Origin: an uncultured Myxococcales bacterium
Lineage (GTDB): Bacteria; Myxococcota_A; Polyangia; Fen-1088
Length of the DNA stretch: 64,000 nt
Assembly: GCA_964647025.1 (NCBI GenBank)
Contig: CAZYFU010000003.1
Coordinates: 32,580-96,579, forward strand
Direction of reading: 5' to 3'
Of this stretch, positions 12,752-22,223 are shown one piece after another. A program made the translations under genes and the position numbers. Each line of letters begins with the position of its first letter. Position 1 is the first letter of the stretch. A model generated the notes under the pieces. The model had not been told where the DNA came from. It was given only the letters and a program-made list of their open reading frames with translations, and made no database searches.

Positions 12752-13492
12752 CTACGTCGCCTCTCCCAGCATCGCGTCCAACCTCGCCTTGTCGAAGCCC
12801 AGCAGCAATCGTCCGCGCACATCTAGAATCGGAACGCGATCCGTCGGTACCCCCATCCTCGCCGCCTTTGCCTGCAGCTCCTTCGCGGCCGCCGGATCGT
12901 TCTCGATGTCTTTGTACGCGAATGGGATGTGCTTCGACGCCAGGTACCGCTTCGCCGCCTTGCAGGCTCCACACCACGGCGTTCCATACAACGTCACCAC
13001 CGGCGCCCCGACCGGCGCAGGGACTCCACCATCCACGCCAGGTGGAAGCTCGTCCGGAAGCGCTGGGCCGTGCGGGCCGGCCATCAGGCTCGACTCGCCA
13101 GGCGGCAGTTGGGCCAACGCCCCGGTCTCGAATGCCTCGCGCGACAGCAGTCGGCCCTGGGCCTTGCCACTGCCGAGCAGCTCGGACAGGTCGACCGCAT
13201 ACACCTTCGTCGTGTCCTGCTTGTCCGGCGTCGGCTTCGACGGATCGACCACACGGACCAGCCTGCGAGCATTCTCGGGCACGTCCTCGGCCTTGTCGGT
13301 CGTGGCAAAGGTGCCTTTGGGCTCCACGTACGTGAACAGCAGCGGGCTGTCCTTGCTGAAGGTCACCGGCGCCTCGGGTGCCTTGGCGGCGACCACCGGT
13401 GGGGGCGCGGGGGGCGCGCTCTTCTTGCACGCCGCCGCAGCACCCATCACGACAAGAAAACAGACTGTTGGGGAAGAAAGGCGTCGGCTCAT
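12752..13492 (-). CDS. Lipoprotein with C-terminal glutaredoxin/NrdH-like thioredoxin-fold domain
   Basis: Lipobox AAAAC. C-terminal region VTLYGTPWCGACKAAKRYL ... GVPTDRVPILDVRGRLLLGFD has the CxxC glutaredoxin pattern. Confidence 0.6.
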   Translation of the reverse strand: MSRRLSSPTVCFLVVMGAAAACKKSAPPAPPPVVAAKAPEAPVTFSKDSPLLFTYVEPKGTFATTDKAEDVPENARRLVRVVDPSKPTPDKQDTTKVYAVDLSELLGSGKAQGRLLSREAFETGALAQLPPGESSLMAGPHGPALPDELPPGVDGGVPAPVGAPVVTLYGTPWCGACKAAKRYLASKHIPFAYKDIENDPAAAKELQAKAARMGVPTDRVPILDVRGRLLLGFDKARLDAMLGEAT

Positions 13493-13540
13493 CGTTGGTC
13501 GTCTTCTACCTCTCCGCGGCCCTGTGTGCCTCTGCCTCTC

Positions 13541-14134
13541 CTACTTCTTCTTTCCCTTCTTCGCCTTGGGCGGCCCGCTCGGCAGCTTCGCATTGGTCAT
13601 CTTCGCCACGGCCGTGGACACCGCCTGCTTGATGGCGCTGGCCAACGCGGTCCGGCTGAAGCGCTCCTCTTCCTTGTCCCTCAGCCGCTCGGAGAACTCG
13701 GCCATCAGGGAGGCATCGCCATCGCCAGTGAACATCATCTTCTGCCCTGGAATGGTGTGTCCAAAGATCGTCAGCTTCACCGAAATGGCCATCTGCTGAT
13801 CCTTCTTGCCGGGCGCCGGTGGCTTGATCTCCTTCTTGAAGTTTTCGATGCGCATGGACACCTGGTAGCCCTGCATGCCCTGGCGGCGGATCTCGGCGAT
13901 TTGCGCGTCCTCGCTCTCCTCCGTTCCGATGTCCGTGGTGAACTCCGGGCGGCTGGCGACCTCGTCCTTCAACAACTCGGCAGCAATCGGAATAATGCTT
14001 TTATCTTCAGCATATATGCTCGTTATCTTGAAGTAGTACTTGGGCTTTGCGCTGGTCTCCGAACGAGCGGCGGGTGCCAGCAACAGGAAGGACAGCACAG
14101 CGGTGGCGACCGCGGAGGTTGGCATGTTGAGCAT
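13541..14134 (-). CDS. Hypothetical secreted protein, Lys-rich C-terminus
   Basis: Signal peptide MLNMPTSAVATAVLSFLLLAPAARSE. Start taken at the internal Met before the signal peptide; the ORF-track start is 14254. Sits 48 nt upstream of the Grx-like lipoprotein gene on the same strand. Confidence 0.45.
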   Translation of the reverse strand: MLNMPTSAVATAVLSFLLLAPAARSETSAKPKYYFKITSIYAEDKSIIPIAAELLKDEVASRPEFTTDIGTEESEDAQIAEIRRQGMQGYQVSMRIENFKKEIKPPAPGKKDQQMAISVKLTIFGHTIPGQKMMFTGDGDASLMAEFSERLRDKEEERFSRTALASAIKQAVSTAVAKMTNAKLPSGPPKAKKGKKK

Positions 14135-14340
14135 CGGGTCTCCTTGTCGTATTTGCGAGAGTCGGGCTCGTCGGTGCCCGCAGGCATTCCACCACGGATA
14201 TCCGGCCAGGAAAAGGCCAGCCGTCACGATCCGTCGGGTACCTTCACGGGCCACTCCCGGGGACGGCCGTCGACGGAGGCCTTCCCAAGCAGCGTTTTTG
14301 CAAAGTGGACAAGGCGACGGAATTTGCTTAGCGTTCGGGC

Positions 14341-16254
14341 ATGGTGAACCTGTCGCTGACCGAAAAGGGTGGTCCCACCAACGAGCTGAGCTTCGACAAG
14401 GAAGAAATCACTGTCGGCCGGGTTCGGGGAAACGACATCGTCCTGCCCAAGGGTAACGTGTCCAAGCACCATTGCCGCCTGATTATTCAGGGCGAACAGG
14501 TTCTGATCGAAGACCTGCGCAGCACCAACGGCACGTACGTCAACGGACGCAAGATCGTCGAGATGACGCCCGTGTCGACTGCGGACAAGATCTTCGTCGG
14601 TGACTTCATCATTCGCTTGAACCTGCTCTCGGCCACGATGGAGAGCATGCGGCCGTCGCACCTGGCCGGGCCGCCCGAGGCAGGCTCGCTGAGCTCGGCT
14701 CTGCCGCGACGAGCGCCGCCACCGCCGCCCGGCCTTCGTCCCGAAGAAGACGACTTGGGCGCGGCAGTTCCGCCCTCCGCGCGGGCCCCGCTGCCCGCAC
14801 CGCCCCCTCCCCCGCCGCCCCCCAAGCGTGAGAGCAAGGGGCTTCCGGCGATTACCGATCCCTTCGCCCCGTCGGCTGGCCCGTCGGACATCGACCTGGA
14901 TGACGAGGACGACGCGCTGGGCACGCCCCATCCCCAAATCACCGTGCCGCCGCTGCGGCCGGCCGTGCAGCCGAGCTCCGCCGCTGACATGGAGGCGCCA
15001 CGGGGCAGCCACGAGGAGCTCACCCGCGGCCGCGGCGCCGGCCTGGCCAGTGATGACCTGGGCCCACCCGAGCCGCCGGCCCTGGCAAACGATGACCTGG
15101 ACGAGCCCGTGCCTCCGCCAGCCAAGGCGGAGAAGCCGGTCTCCGCTCGCCGCTCCGTCGCCGAGCACGTCAGCGAGGCGCCCAAGCCCGAGGCGCCCAA
15201 GGCCAAGTCGCCCACGTCGGCAGCGAAGCCCGTCGCGCGCATCCTCGACCACGACGTTCCGGATTGGCTGGCCCACCTCCTCGAGGGCGAGGGTGTGTCG
15301 GCGGCCTTCTTCACGGGTCCGGGCCAGGCCGAGCTGCAGCGCAATGGCCGGCGGGAGTCCGTGTCGGTTGCCGCTGCCGACCAAGCTGGCCTCAGCGGCG
15401 TCGTGCGCAAGTTGGCGGCCAAGGGGGCGCCCAAGCCCGCGCCAGACGCATCGATCATCAACACCACGCTGCCGGACGGAATGCACGTTTCGGCCATCTT
15501 CCCGCCAGTGGCGGATCGTCTTTGCGTCGCCATACGCCGACCCATCGCCAGCGGCAAGACCATCGACGATTTGGTGGCCGACAAGGTGATCTCGCCCGAG
15601 ATGCAGCAGGTGCTAGAGGCGTGCGTGGCGACCCGGCAGAACATCCTCGTCTCCGGAGACCGAGCCGCCTGCGACAGTCTCCTGCGTGCCCTGCTCTGGT
15701 CTGTCGACCGCGTAGCGCGGGTCGTCCTCATCTCCGACTCGATCACGCCGCCCTCCAGCGCGACGGCGTGGATCAAGCTGCAAAGCGATTCTCGGGCGCC
15801 CGAGCTGATTGCAGCGGCGGTGGCCATGCAGCCCGAGCACCTGCTGGTCGACGCGAACCACATCGCTCAGGCAGGCGAAATCCTCGGGGAGTGCAACCTC
15901 GGGCTCAAGGGCGTGATCTTGTCCATGGTGGCGCGCTCGACCAACGAAGCCCTCCACCGTATCCAACTTTTGGGAGCCCCGGCTGGCGCGGGCGTGACGA
16001 GCGGAGACCTCGCCTTCAGCAGCATCGACTTGGTCGTGCAGGCCTCCGTGCTGACCGATGGCTCGCTGAAGGTGGTGGAGATCGCCGAGCCGAAGGCCAG
16101 CCTCGAGGGACACGTGACCTCGAACGCGCTTCTGACCTGGGTCGCCGACAACGACAGCGCCGGCACCTTCGGCGTGACCGGCGCACGATCCGGGCTCGCG
16201 GCGAAGCTGGCGTCCGCGGGCAGCGCGCTGCCGCCCGAGATTCTGAGCACCTAG
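14341..16254 (+). CDS. FHA-domain protein fused to a degenerate CpaF/TadA-like (T2SS/T4P secretion ATPase) domain
   Basis: N-terminal FHA domain (GRVRGNDIVLP ... LRSTNGTYVNGRKI). About 250 aa Pro/Ala-rich linker. The C-terminus aligns to CpaF (NILVSGDRAACDSLLRAL vs NILVSGGTGSGKTTLLNAL; HLLVDANHIAQAGEILGECNLGLKGVILSMVARSTNEALHRIQLL vs [45 protein letters not shown]). The Walker A lysine and His box are missing. Confidence 0.7.
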   Translation: MVNLSLTEKGGPTNELSFDKEEITVGRVRGNDIVLPKGNVSKHHCRLIIQGEQVLIEDLRSTNGTYVNGRKIVEMTPVSTADKIFVGDFIIRLNLLSATMESMRPSHLAGPPEAGSLSSALPRRAPPPPPGLRPEEDDLGAAVPPSARAPLPAPPPPPPPPKRESKGLPAITDPFAPSAGPSDIDLDDEDDALGTPHPQITVPPLRPAVQPSSAADMEAPRGSHEELTRGRGAGLASDDLGPPEPPALANDDLDEPVPPPAKAEKPVSARRSVAEHVSEAPKPEAPKAKSPTSAAKPVARILDHDVPDWLAHLLEGEGVSAAFFTGPGQAELQRNGRRESVSVAAADQAGLSGVVRKLAAKGAPKPAPDASIINTTLPDGMHVSAIFPPVADRLCVAIRRPIASGKTIDDLVADKVISPEMQQVLEACVATRQNILVSGDRAACDSLLRALLWSVDRVARVVLISDSITPPSSATAWIKLQSDSRAPELIAAAVAMQPEHLLVDANHIAQAGEILGECNLGLKGVILSMVARSTNEALHRIQLLGAPAGAGVTSGDLAFSSIDLVVQASVLTDGSLKVVEIAEPKASLEGHVTSNALLTWVADNDSAGTFGVTGARSGLAAKLASAGSALPPEILST

Positions 16255-16323
16255 CAAGCCCGTCGCCGGTTTTCCGGTGGACACGCCATTCTGCGCCCCG
16301 CATCCTATGCGGCAGGCACGGAC

Positions 16324-17022
16324 ATGGCTCACATCCTAGTCGTGGAGGACGAAGCAGACATCGCCCAGATCCTGTCGTACAACCTCGGACAGGCTGGCCA
16401 CCAAGTCAGCGTGGCCACCGGAGGACAGGCAGCCTTGGCCATGACCCTGGCAGAGCGCCCCGAGCTCGTGCTCCTCGACCTGATGTTGCCCGACATCTCC
16501 GGCCTCGACGTGTGCCGAACCCTGAAGAGCGACCCGGCCCGGAAGGACATTCCGGTCATCATGCTCACCGCGCGCAGCGAGGAGATCGACCGCGTGGTCG
16601 GGTTCGAGCTGGGCGCCGACGACTATGTGGTCAAGCCGTTCAGCGTCCGCGAGTTGGGACTGCGCATCCAGGCGGTCTTGCGACGGTCGAAGCAGCCCGG
16701 GCCAAGCCAGGACGAGAGCGCAGGGCTGACCTTCGGCAAGCTTCGCGTCGACCGGATGGCCCACCGGGCCTGGGTCGACGGGCAAGAGGTGGCGCTCACG
16801 CCGCTCGAAATGAAGCTCTTGTGGACGCTCTACGAGCGCCGAGGCCGGGTGCAGAGTCGAGGCATGCTGCTCGACGACGTCTGGGAATCGAGCCCCGAGA
16901 ACAACACGCGGACCGTCGACACGCACATCAAGAGGCTTCGAGAGAAACTGGGCGCTGCTGGCGGCTACATCGAGACCGTGCGAGGCATCGGCTACCGGTT
17001 CTCCGACACGGGTGACGACTGA
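16324..17022 (+). CDS. phoB: OmpR/PhoB-family response regulator (phosphate regulon type)
   Basis: Receiver domain (VVEDEADIA ... LLDLMLPDISGL ... KP) plus winged-helix output. Stop/start overlap with the downstream kinase (TGATGA). Lies beside pstCAB-phoU. Confidence 0.82.
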   Translation: MAHILVVEDEADIAQILSYNLGQAGHQVSVATGGQAALAMTLAERPELVLLDLMLPDISGLDVCRTLKSDPARKDIPVIMLTARSEEIDRVVGFELGADDYVVKPFSVRELGLRIQAVLRRSKQPGPSQDESAGLTFGKLRVDRMAHRAWVDGQEVALTPLEMKLLWTLYERRGRVQSRGMLLDDVWESSPENNTRTVDTHIKRLREKLGAAGGYIETVRGIGYRFSDTGDD

Positions 17023-18812
17023 TGAGGCGGCCGCACGGCCAGCGTGTGAGAGTCGGGGTGCGCGGCAAGCTGTTCCTGGTCTCCCTTCTGGTGCTGGTCG
17101 TCTCGGTCGCGGCCTCGGAGGTCTATCTGGTGCCGGCCGTCGAACGCGACCTCACCCAGCGAATCGAGGAGGACCTGCTGGTCCGCCTGAAGTTGGTCGC
17201 CGAGCGGGCGGCCACGGTCGCGGCGGACCAAGACGGCTCCGTCTCATGGGACGACCTGGCGGACCGCCTCGCGCCCCACGCCGAGGCGCGCGTGACGTTC
17301 GTCGGCCGGGATGGCTTCGTCCTCGGCGATTCGGAGGTCACTCGCGAGGATTTGCCGAAGCTGGAGAACCACCGCAGCCGGCCGGAGGTGGCGGCGGCGT
17401 TGGCTGGGCGATCGACCGATAACGTCCGCTTCTCGGCGACCATCCAGAGGCGCATGCTCTACGCCGCTATCCCGGTTCCAGGCAACTCGGGGCTCGTCGC
17501 ACGGCTGAGCCTCCCGCTGGCTTGGGTCGACGATGCCAAGGCACGCGTGCGGTCGCTGGTGATGGGTGGGGCCTTGATTGCGCTCCTCGCCGCGCTGTTG
17601 GTGTCGTTCGCAGCCGCCGAGCTGATGTCGCGCCGGCTGCGCAGCTTGACCACCACCGCCCGGCGCATGGCCTCGGGCGATTTGGCGGCACGAAACCGGC
17701 TGGAGACCAACGACGAGCTGGGCGAGCTCGGCAAGACGCTGGATCACTTGGCCCAGAACCTGTCGAGCTCGCTCGAGCAGCTTCGGGCCGACCGGGATCT
17801 CCTGGGGCGCATCTTGGAATCGATGCACGAGGGCGTGCTGGTCATGGACGGAGAACGCCGCCTGCTCCTCGCAAACCCCAGCCTGCGCCAGATGCTCCTG
17901 CTCGACTCCGACGTGGTCGGACGGTCCACCATCGAAGTGATTCGCAATGCCGACTTGCATAGAATCGTCGAGACGGCCATGAAGGCCTCCGAGTCGGTCA
18001 CGGGGGAGATCGAGCTCGGGGGCATCAAGCCGAGGCGGCTGATGGTGCACGCCGCCCGCCTCACCGGCGAGCCGCGCGCCCTACTGCTCGTCCTCTTCGA
18101 CGTGACCGAGATGCGACGCCTCGAAACCGTCCGGCGGGATTTCGTGGCCAACGTCTCACACGAGCTGCGGACGCCGGTGGCATCCGTGCAATCCGCAGCC
18201 GAAACCGTGCGGATCGCGATGGAGAGGGATCCCAAGGCCGCGAGCCAGTTTCTCGACATCATCGAACGCAACGCCCGCCGCTTGGGCGATCTGATTGCCG
18301 ACCTGCTCGATCTCTCTCGGCTCGAGTCCAACGAGCTGCGCCTTACCCCCGAACCTCTCGACCTGGCCGCCGCCGTCGACAGGAGCGTGGCCCCGTTCGC
18401 CGCGCGTTTTGCCGCTCGCAAGCTTCGACTCGAGGTGGGCATCGCGAACGACTGTCCTTCCCCGATGGTCGATCGAAACGGCTTCGACCGGGTGCTCTCC
18501 AACCTGATCGACAACGCCCTGAAGTACTGCCCCGAGGGCTCGACGGTCATGGTCTCGGCGAGCGGAGCTGGCGGCAAGGTTCGCCTCGAGGTCTCCGACG
18601 ATGGCCCCGGCATCGAGGACCGACACCTGCCGAGGCTGTTCGAGCGCTTCTACCGGGTCGACCCCGGTCGCAGCCGAGATACGGGCGGAACCGGCCTGGG
18701 ACTGTCCATCGTCAAACACTTGGTCGAGGCCATGAGGGGCGAGGTCAGCGTGAAGAGCTCCGTAGGGAAAGGCACCTCGTTCCAGCTCACGCTCCCGGCG
18801 GCGCCGTCCTAG
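17022..18812 (+). CDS. phoR: Sensor histidine kinase (PhoR-like: TM, HAMP, PAS, HisKA, HATPase_c)
   Basis: H-box SHELRTPV. N/G boxes DNALKY ... DDGPGI ... GGTGLGLSIV. Confidence 0.82.
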   Translation: MRRPHGQRVRVGVRGKLFLVSLLVLVVSVAASEVYLVPAVERDLTQRIEEDLLVRLKLVAERAATVAADQDGSVSWDDLADRLAPHAEARVTFVGRDGFVLGDSEVTREDLPKLENHRSRPEVAAALAGRSTDNVRFSATIQRRMLYAAIPVPGNSGLVARLSLPLAWVDDAKARVRSLVMGGALIALLAALLVSFAAAELMSRRLRSLTTTARRMASGDLAARNRLETNDELGELGKTLDHLAQNLSSSLEQLRADRDLLGRILESMHEGVLVMDGERRLLLANPSLRQMLLLDSDVVGRSTIEVIRNADLHRIVETAMKASESVTGEIELGGIKPRRLMVHAARLTGEPRALLLVLFDVTEMRRLETVRRDFVANVSHELRTPVASVQSAAETVRIAMERDPKAASQFLDIIERNARRLGDLIADLLDLSRLESNELRLTPEPLDLAAAVDRSVAPFAARFAARKLRLEVGIANDCPSPMVDRNGFDRVLSNLIDNALKYCPEGSTVMVSASGAGGKVRLEVSDDGPGIEDRHLPRLFERFYRVDPGRSRDTGGTGLGLSIVKHLVEAMRGEVSVKSSVGKGTSFQLTLPAAPS

Positions 18813-18997
18813 CGAGCGTCGTCGCGGAGGGCCGGCCCGCCAGGGACGTCAAGGCCTCCATCGACTGGGTCCCGTCGAAGGAAGGCCAAGACGTCGTGAC
18901 CAAGGTCGGGCAACTCCGGGTCAAATCATCAGGCAATCCAAGCTAGGTCGCAGCGACGGGGTGAAGTCCACGCGGCTCGCCCCGATCGCTGTTTGCT

Positions 18998-19198
18998 TCA
19001 GGTTCGCGACCACCATTCGGGCGAGCCAAAGTCTGGTCGGGACGACCAGAGATCCGACCTTCGTATCGAAGGCTCATCGTCGTCTTCGAAATCGGCGTCG
19101 TCATCGGCCTCGTCGTCGTCGTCGTACACCGACACGGACCACACGTTCAGGCTTTCTGTCGACTCCTGGCTCCCACCGTGTGCAAATCGATTGCTCAT
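18998..19198 (-). CDS. Small highly acidic protein (66 aa), hypothetical
   Basis: ATG at 19198 preceded by AGGAGG with a 6-nt spacer. Product MSNRFAHGGSQESTESLNVWSVSVYDDDDEADDDADFEDDDEPSIRRSDLWSSRPDFGSPEWWSRT. Divergent from pstC in a low-GC gap. Confidence 0.4.
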   Translation of the reverse strand: MSNRFAHGGSQESTESLNVWSVSVYDDDDEADDDADFEDDDEPSIRRSDLWSSRPDFGSPEWWSRT

Positions 19199-19330
19199 CA
19201 ATTCCCTCCTGTTTCTCCTCTTCCCCAAAGCCTAAGCGACTCAATTCCGCAATTGCGACACGCTCCCTCAACAAACGCGTTCCAAGCACCAACGTCGGAC
19301 CCCCACGTCGGCCCCACAAGAAGAGAGAAT

Positions 19331-19348
19331 TTGTCACAGGAACGTCAC
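19331..19348 (+). promoter_or_regulatory. Pho box (PhoB-binding site) upstream of pstC
   Basis: TTGTCAC-AGGA-ACGTCAC: two 7-bp direct repeats with a 4-bp spacer (11-bp periodicity), compared with consensus CTGTCAT-N4-CTGTCAT. About 48 bp before the pstC ATG at 19396. Confidence 0.55.
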
Positions 19349-19395
19349 AATAGCGAGCTGCAAGTGCCACTTTTAACCTCCAATGTCGCTTGCGT

Positions 19396-20487
19396 ATGAA
19401 CGGCAACGAAATCGAGCGAGCCCAATCAAACACAGCGGGGCCTTCATTCCCAATGCCGCAGCCAGTGCGGGGTTCGTACGCGGGACAACGAAACCCGCTA
19501 CCCGTGATACTCAAGACGCGTTTCGACGCTGCCATGCCGAAGCTGGCGTTGCGCCCGCCCTCGCTTTTCGAGCGAATCGCGGAGAGGACGATGCAGGTTT
19601 TGGCCTTCTCCGCGGTCGCCGCGATGATCCTGATTCTGGTGTTCATCGCCAAAGAGGCATGGCCGTTGCTCACCAGCTCGGCCATTCAGGAGGAGGTCAC
19701 ACTGGCCAAGATGTGGTTCGCCCAGCACTGGCCGGGCTACGACGGGCCGGAGCACATCTGGCAGCCGGTTTCCGAGGTGCCCAAGTACGCGGTTTGGCCT
19801 TTGGTGGTCGGCACGATCAAGGTGACGCTGGTGTCCATGGTGGTGGCCGTGCCACTGGCGGTCGGTGCGGCCGTCTTCATTTCTCAGTATGCCAACCGGC
19901 GTCTGCGCGAGGTGGTGAAGCCAGCCATCGAGTTCTTGGCCGGCATCCCCTCCGTGGTGCTCGGGTTCTTCGCGCTGATTGTGATGGCGTCCTGGATGCA
20001 GTCGGCGTTCGACTTCGACTCCCGGCTCAACGCCGTCGTCGCCGGCGTGGCGCTGTCGTTTGCCGTCATTCCCGTGATCTTCACTGTCTGTGAGGAAGCG
20101 CTGGGGGCGGTACCGCGCAGCTACGTGGAGGCCTCCGTGGCGCTCGGCGCTGCCCGCTGGCAAACCGTGACCAAGGTCGTGCTCCCCGCGGCCGCCCCGG
20201 GCATCGCCGCCAGCATCGCGCTCGGGCTCGGACGCGCATTCGGAGAGACCATGATCGTGCTCATGGCATCGGGCAACGCTGCCATCCTATCGGCGAATCC
20301 CGCTGATTCCGTGCGCACGCTGTCCGCGACCATCGCCGCCGAGTTGGCCGAGGTGGTCTTCGGGGGCCCGCACTACACCGTGATCTTCGGGCTGGCGGTT
20401 CTGCTGTTCTTCGTCACCTTCGGAATCAACCTGCTCGGAGACCAAACCATCACGCGAATGAAGCGCCGCATGGGAGTGTCGCCATGA
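19396..20487 (+). CDS. pstC: Phosphate ABC transporter permease PstC
   Basis: Multi-TM with an EAA-like loop. First gene of pstCAB-phoU. Start is ambiguous: the ORF track begins at a TTG at 19390, and I took the first ATG at 19396. Confidence 0.85.
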   Translation: MNGNEIERAQSNTAGPSFPMPQPVRGSYAGQRNPLPVILKTRFDAAMPKLALRPPSLFERIAERTMQVLAFSAVAAMILILVFIAKEAWPLLTSSAIQEEVTLAKMWFAQHWPGYDGPEHIWQPVSEVPKYAVWPLVVGTIKVTLVSMVVAVPLAVGAAVFISQYANRRLREVVKPAIEFLAGIPSVVLGFFALIVMASWMQSAFDFDSRLNAVVAGVALSFAVIPVIFTVCEEALGAVPRSYVEASVALGAARWQTVTKVVLPAAAPGIAASIALGLGRAFGETMIVLMASGNAAILSANPADSVRTLSATIAAELAEVVFGGPHYTVIFGLAVLLFFVTFGINLLGDQTITRMKRRMGVSP

Positions 20488-21416
20488 ACAAGCCTTCCTT
20501 ACGGGCGGCCCGGCGACCAAGAGCCGGCGACGCAATCCTGTGGCTGGCATCCGGGCTGGCCACGCTGCTGGTGCTGACCGTTCTCGTGGTGATCCTGGCC
20601 GACGTGGTCAGGAACGGAACAGCGAAGCTCAGCTGGGGCTTCGTGACCCAGGCCCCCACGCAAGGAATGACCGCAGGCGGGATCTTGCCCGCCATCGTGG
20701 GCACCGTCGCGATGGTCATCCTCATGACCCTGGCAGCGATGCCCGCGGGCGTGGCCACGGCAATCTACCTGCACGAATATGCGAATCCGTTGGCGGTCTC
20801 CACCCGCGTCGTGCGCGTCGCGGTGAACAACCTGGCTGGGGTGCCATCCATCGTGTTCGGGCTCTTCGGTCTGGGGTTCTTCGTCCAATTCGCGGGCGGA
20901 AGCATCGACAAGCTGTTCTTCGGGGGCGCGAAGGTCTTTGGCCAGCCGGCCCTGGTGTGGGCGGCCTTGACCATGGCGGTGCTGACGCTTCCCGTGGTGA
21001 TTGTCGCAACCGAAGAGGCACTCTCGGCCGTGCCGCGCGAAGTCCGGCTGGCTTCGGCGGCACTCGGGGCGACCAGGTTCCAGACCGTGGTGCGGGTGGT
21101 CCTGCCACAAGCCGTGCCGGGCATCTTGACCGGCGCCATCCTGGCCGTCAGCCGGGGGGCGGGCGAGGTGGCACCGATTCTCTTCACCGGGGCCGCGTAC
21201 TACCTCCCCACATTGCCACACACCCTGCACGACCAGTTCATGCAGCTGGGCTACCACGTGTACGTGCTTGCGACCCAGTCGCCTGACGTGGATGCGACCG
21301 GCCCCCTGCTCTACTCGACGGTTCTCGTTCTGTTGATGCTCACCTTCGCGCTCAACGCATCGGCCATCGTGGTTCGATCGCGCATGCGCAAGAGATTGGC
21401 TGGAAACCGCACATGA
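20484..21416 (+). CDS. pstA: Phosphate ABC transporter permease PstA
   Basis: Homologous multi-TM permease. ATGA overlap with pstC and with pstB. Confidence 0.88.
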   Translation: MNKPSLRAARRPRAGDAILWLASGLATLLVLTVLVVILADVVRNGTAKLSWGFVTQAPTQGMTAGGILPAIVGTVAMVILMTLAAMPAGVATAIYLHEYANPLAVSTRVVRVAVNNLAGVPSIVFGLFGLGFFVQFAGGSIDKLFFGGAKVFGQPALVWAALTMAVLTLPVVIVATEEALSAVPREVRLASAALGATRFQTVVRVVLPQAVPGILTGAILAVSRGAGEVAPILFTGAAYYLPTLPHTLHDQFMQLGYHVYVLATQSPDVDATGPLLYSTVLVLLMLTFALNASAIVVRSRMRKRLAGNRT

Positions 21417-22204
21417 TCGCGAACACGGCACAGGTTCCCTACGAGGCTGCGACAGGCCACCTTTCGGTCACGGGCTTGACCGTTTCCTACGGCGGAAAGA
21501 AGGCCATGGGCCCGGTCGACATGGAGATCCCAGGCAAACGGGTCACCGCCCTCATCGGCCCTTCGGGCTGCGGAAAGTCGACCTTCTTGCGCTCGCTCAA
21601 CCGCATGAACGAGATGATCCCGGGCTGCAGCGTGGAGGGCGACGTCCGACTCGACGGAGAGCGCATCTACGGAGCCAGCGTCGACGCGGTGGCAGTCCGC
21701 AGGCGCATCGGCATGGTGTTCCAGAAGTCCAATCCCTTCCCCAAGTCGATCTACGAAAACGTCGCCTACGGGCTGCGCATCGGCGGACTCAAGGAGCGCA
21801 GCGAGCTAGGCGGCCGAGTCGAGCTGGCCCTTCAACAGGCGGCGTTGTGGGACGAAGTGAAGGATCGCCTGCACGAGAGTGCCCTCGGGCTGTCGGGAGG
21901 CCAGCAGCAACGGCTGTGCATCGCTCGAGCACTGGCGGTCGAACCCGAGGTGGTTCTGATGGACGAGCCCGCCTCGGCTCTCGATCCCATCGCGACGGCC
22001 CGAATCGAGGAGTTGATTCACGAGCTGGCCCAGAACTACACGGTCGTCATCGTCACGCACAACATGCAGCAAGCGGCGCGCGTGTCGCACCACACGGCGT
22101 TCTTCTTCATGGGCGATCTCATCGAGTTCGGTCGGACCGAGCTCATCTTCACCAAACCAACACAGCAGAGAACCGAAGACTACATCACCGGCCGATTCGG
22201 CTGA
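21413..22204 (+). CDS. pstB: Phosphate import ATP-binding protein PstB
   Basis: [36 protein letters not shown]. PstB-typical length of 263 aa. Confidence 0.95.
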   Translation: MIANTAQVPYEAATGHLSVTGLTVSYGGKKAMGPVDMEIPGKRVTALIGPSGCGKSTFLRSLNRMNEMIPGCSVEGDVRLDGERIYGASVDAVAVRRRIGMVFQKSNPFPKSIYENVAYGLRIGGLKERSELGGRVELALQQAALWDEVKDRLHESALGLSGGQQQRLCIARALAVEPEVVLMDEPASALDPIATARIEELIHELAQNYTVVIVTHNMQQAARVSHHTAFFFMGDLIEFGRTELIFTKPTQQRTEDYITGRFG

Positions 22205-22223
22205 GGCCGCAAGGACGAACCCC

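Noticed and set aside
12273-13430. 385-aa minus-strand ORF spanning the right inverted-repeat arm and the Grx-like lipoprotein gene
   Set aside because: Wrong frame relative to the well-supported lipoprotein/glutaredoxin ORF. Gly/Arg-rich junk translation.
18812-19390. Looked for a pstS gene or pseudogene in the phoR-pstC gap
   Set aside because: No frame with periplasmic phosphate-binding protein similarity. Only the small acidic ORF and promoter elements are present.
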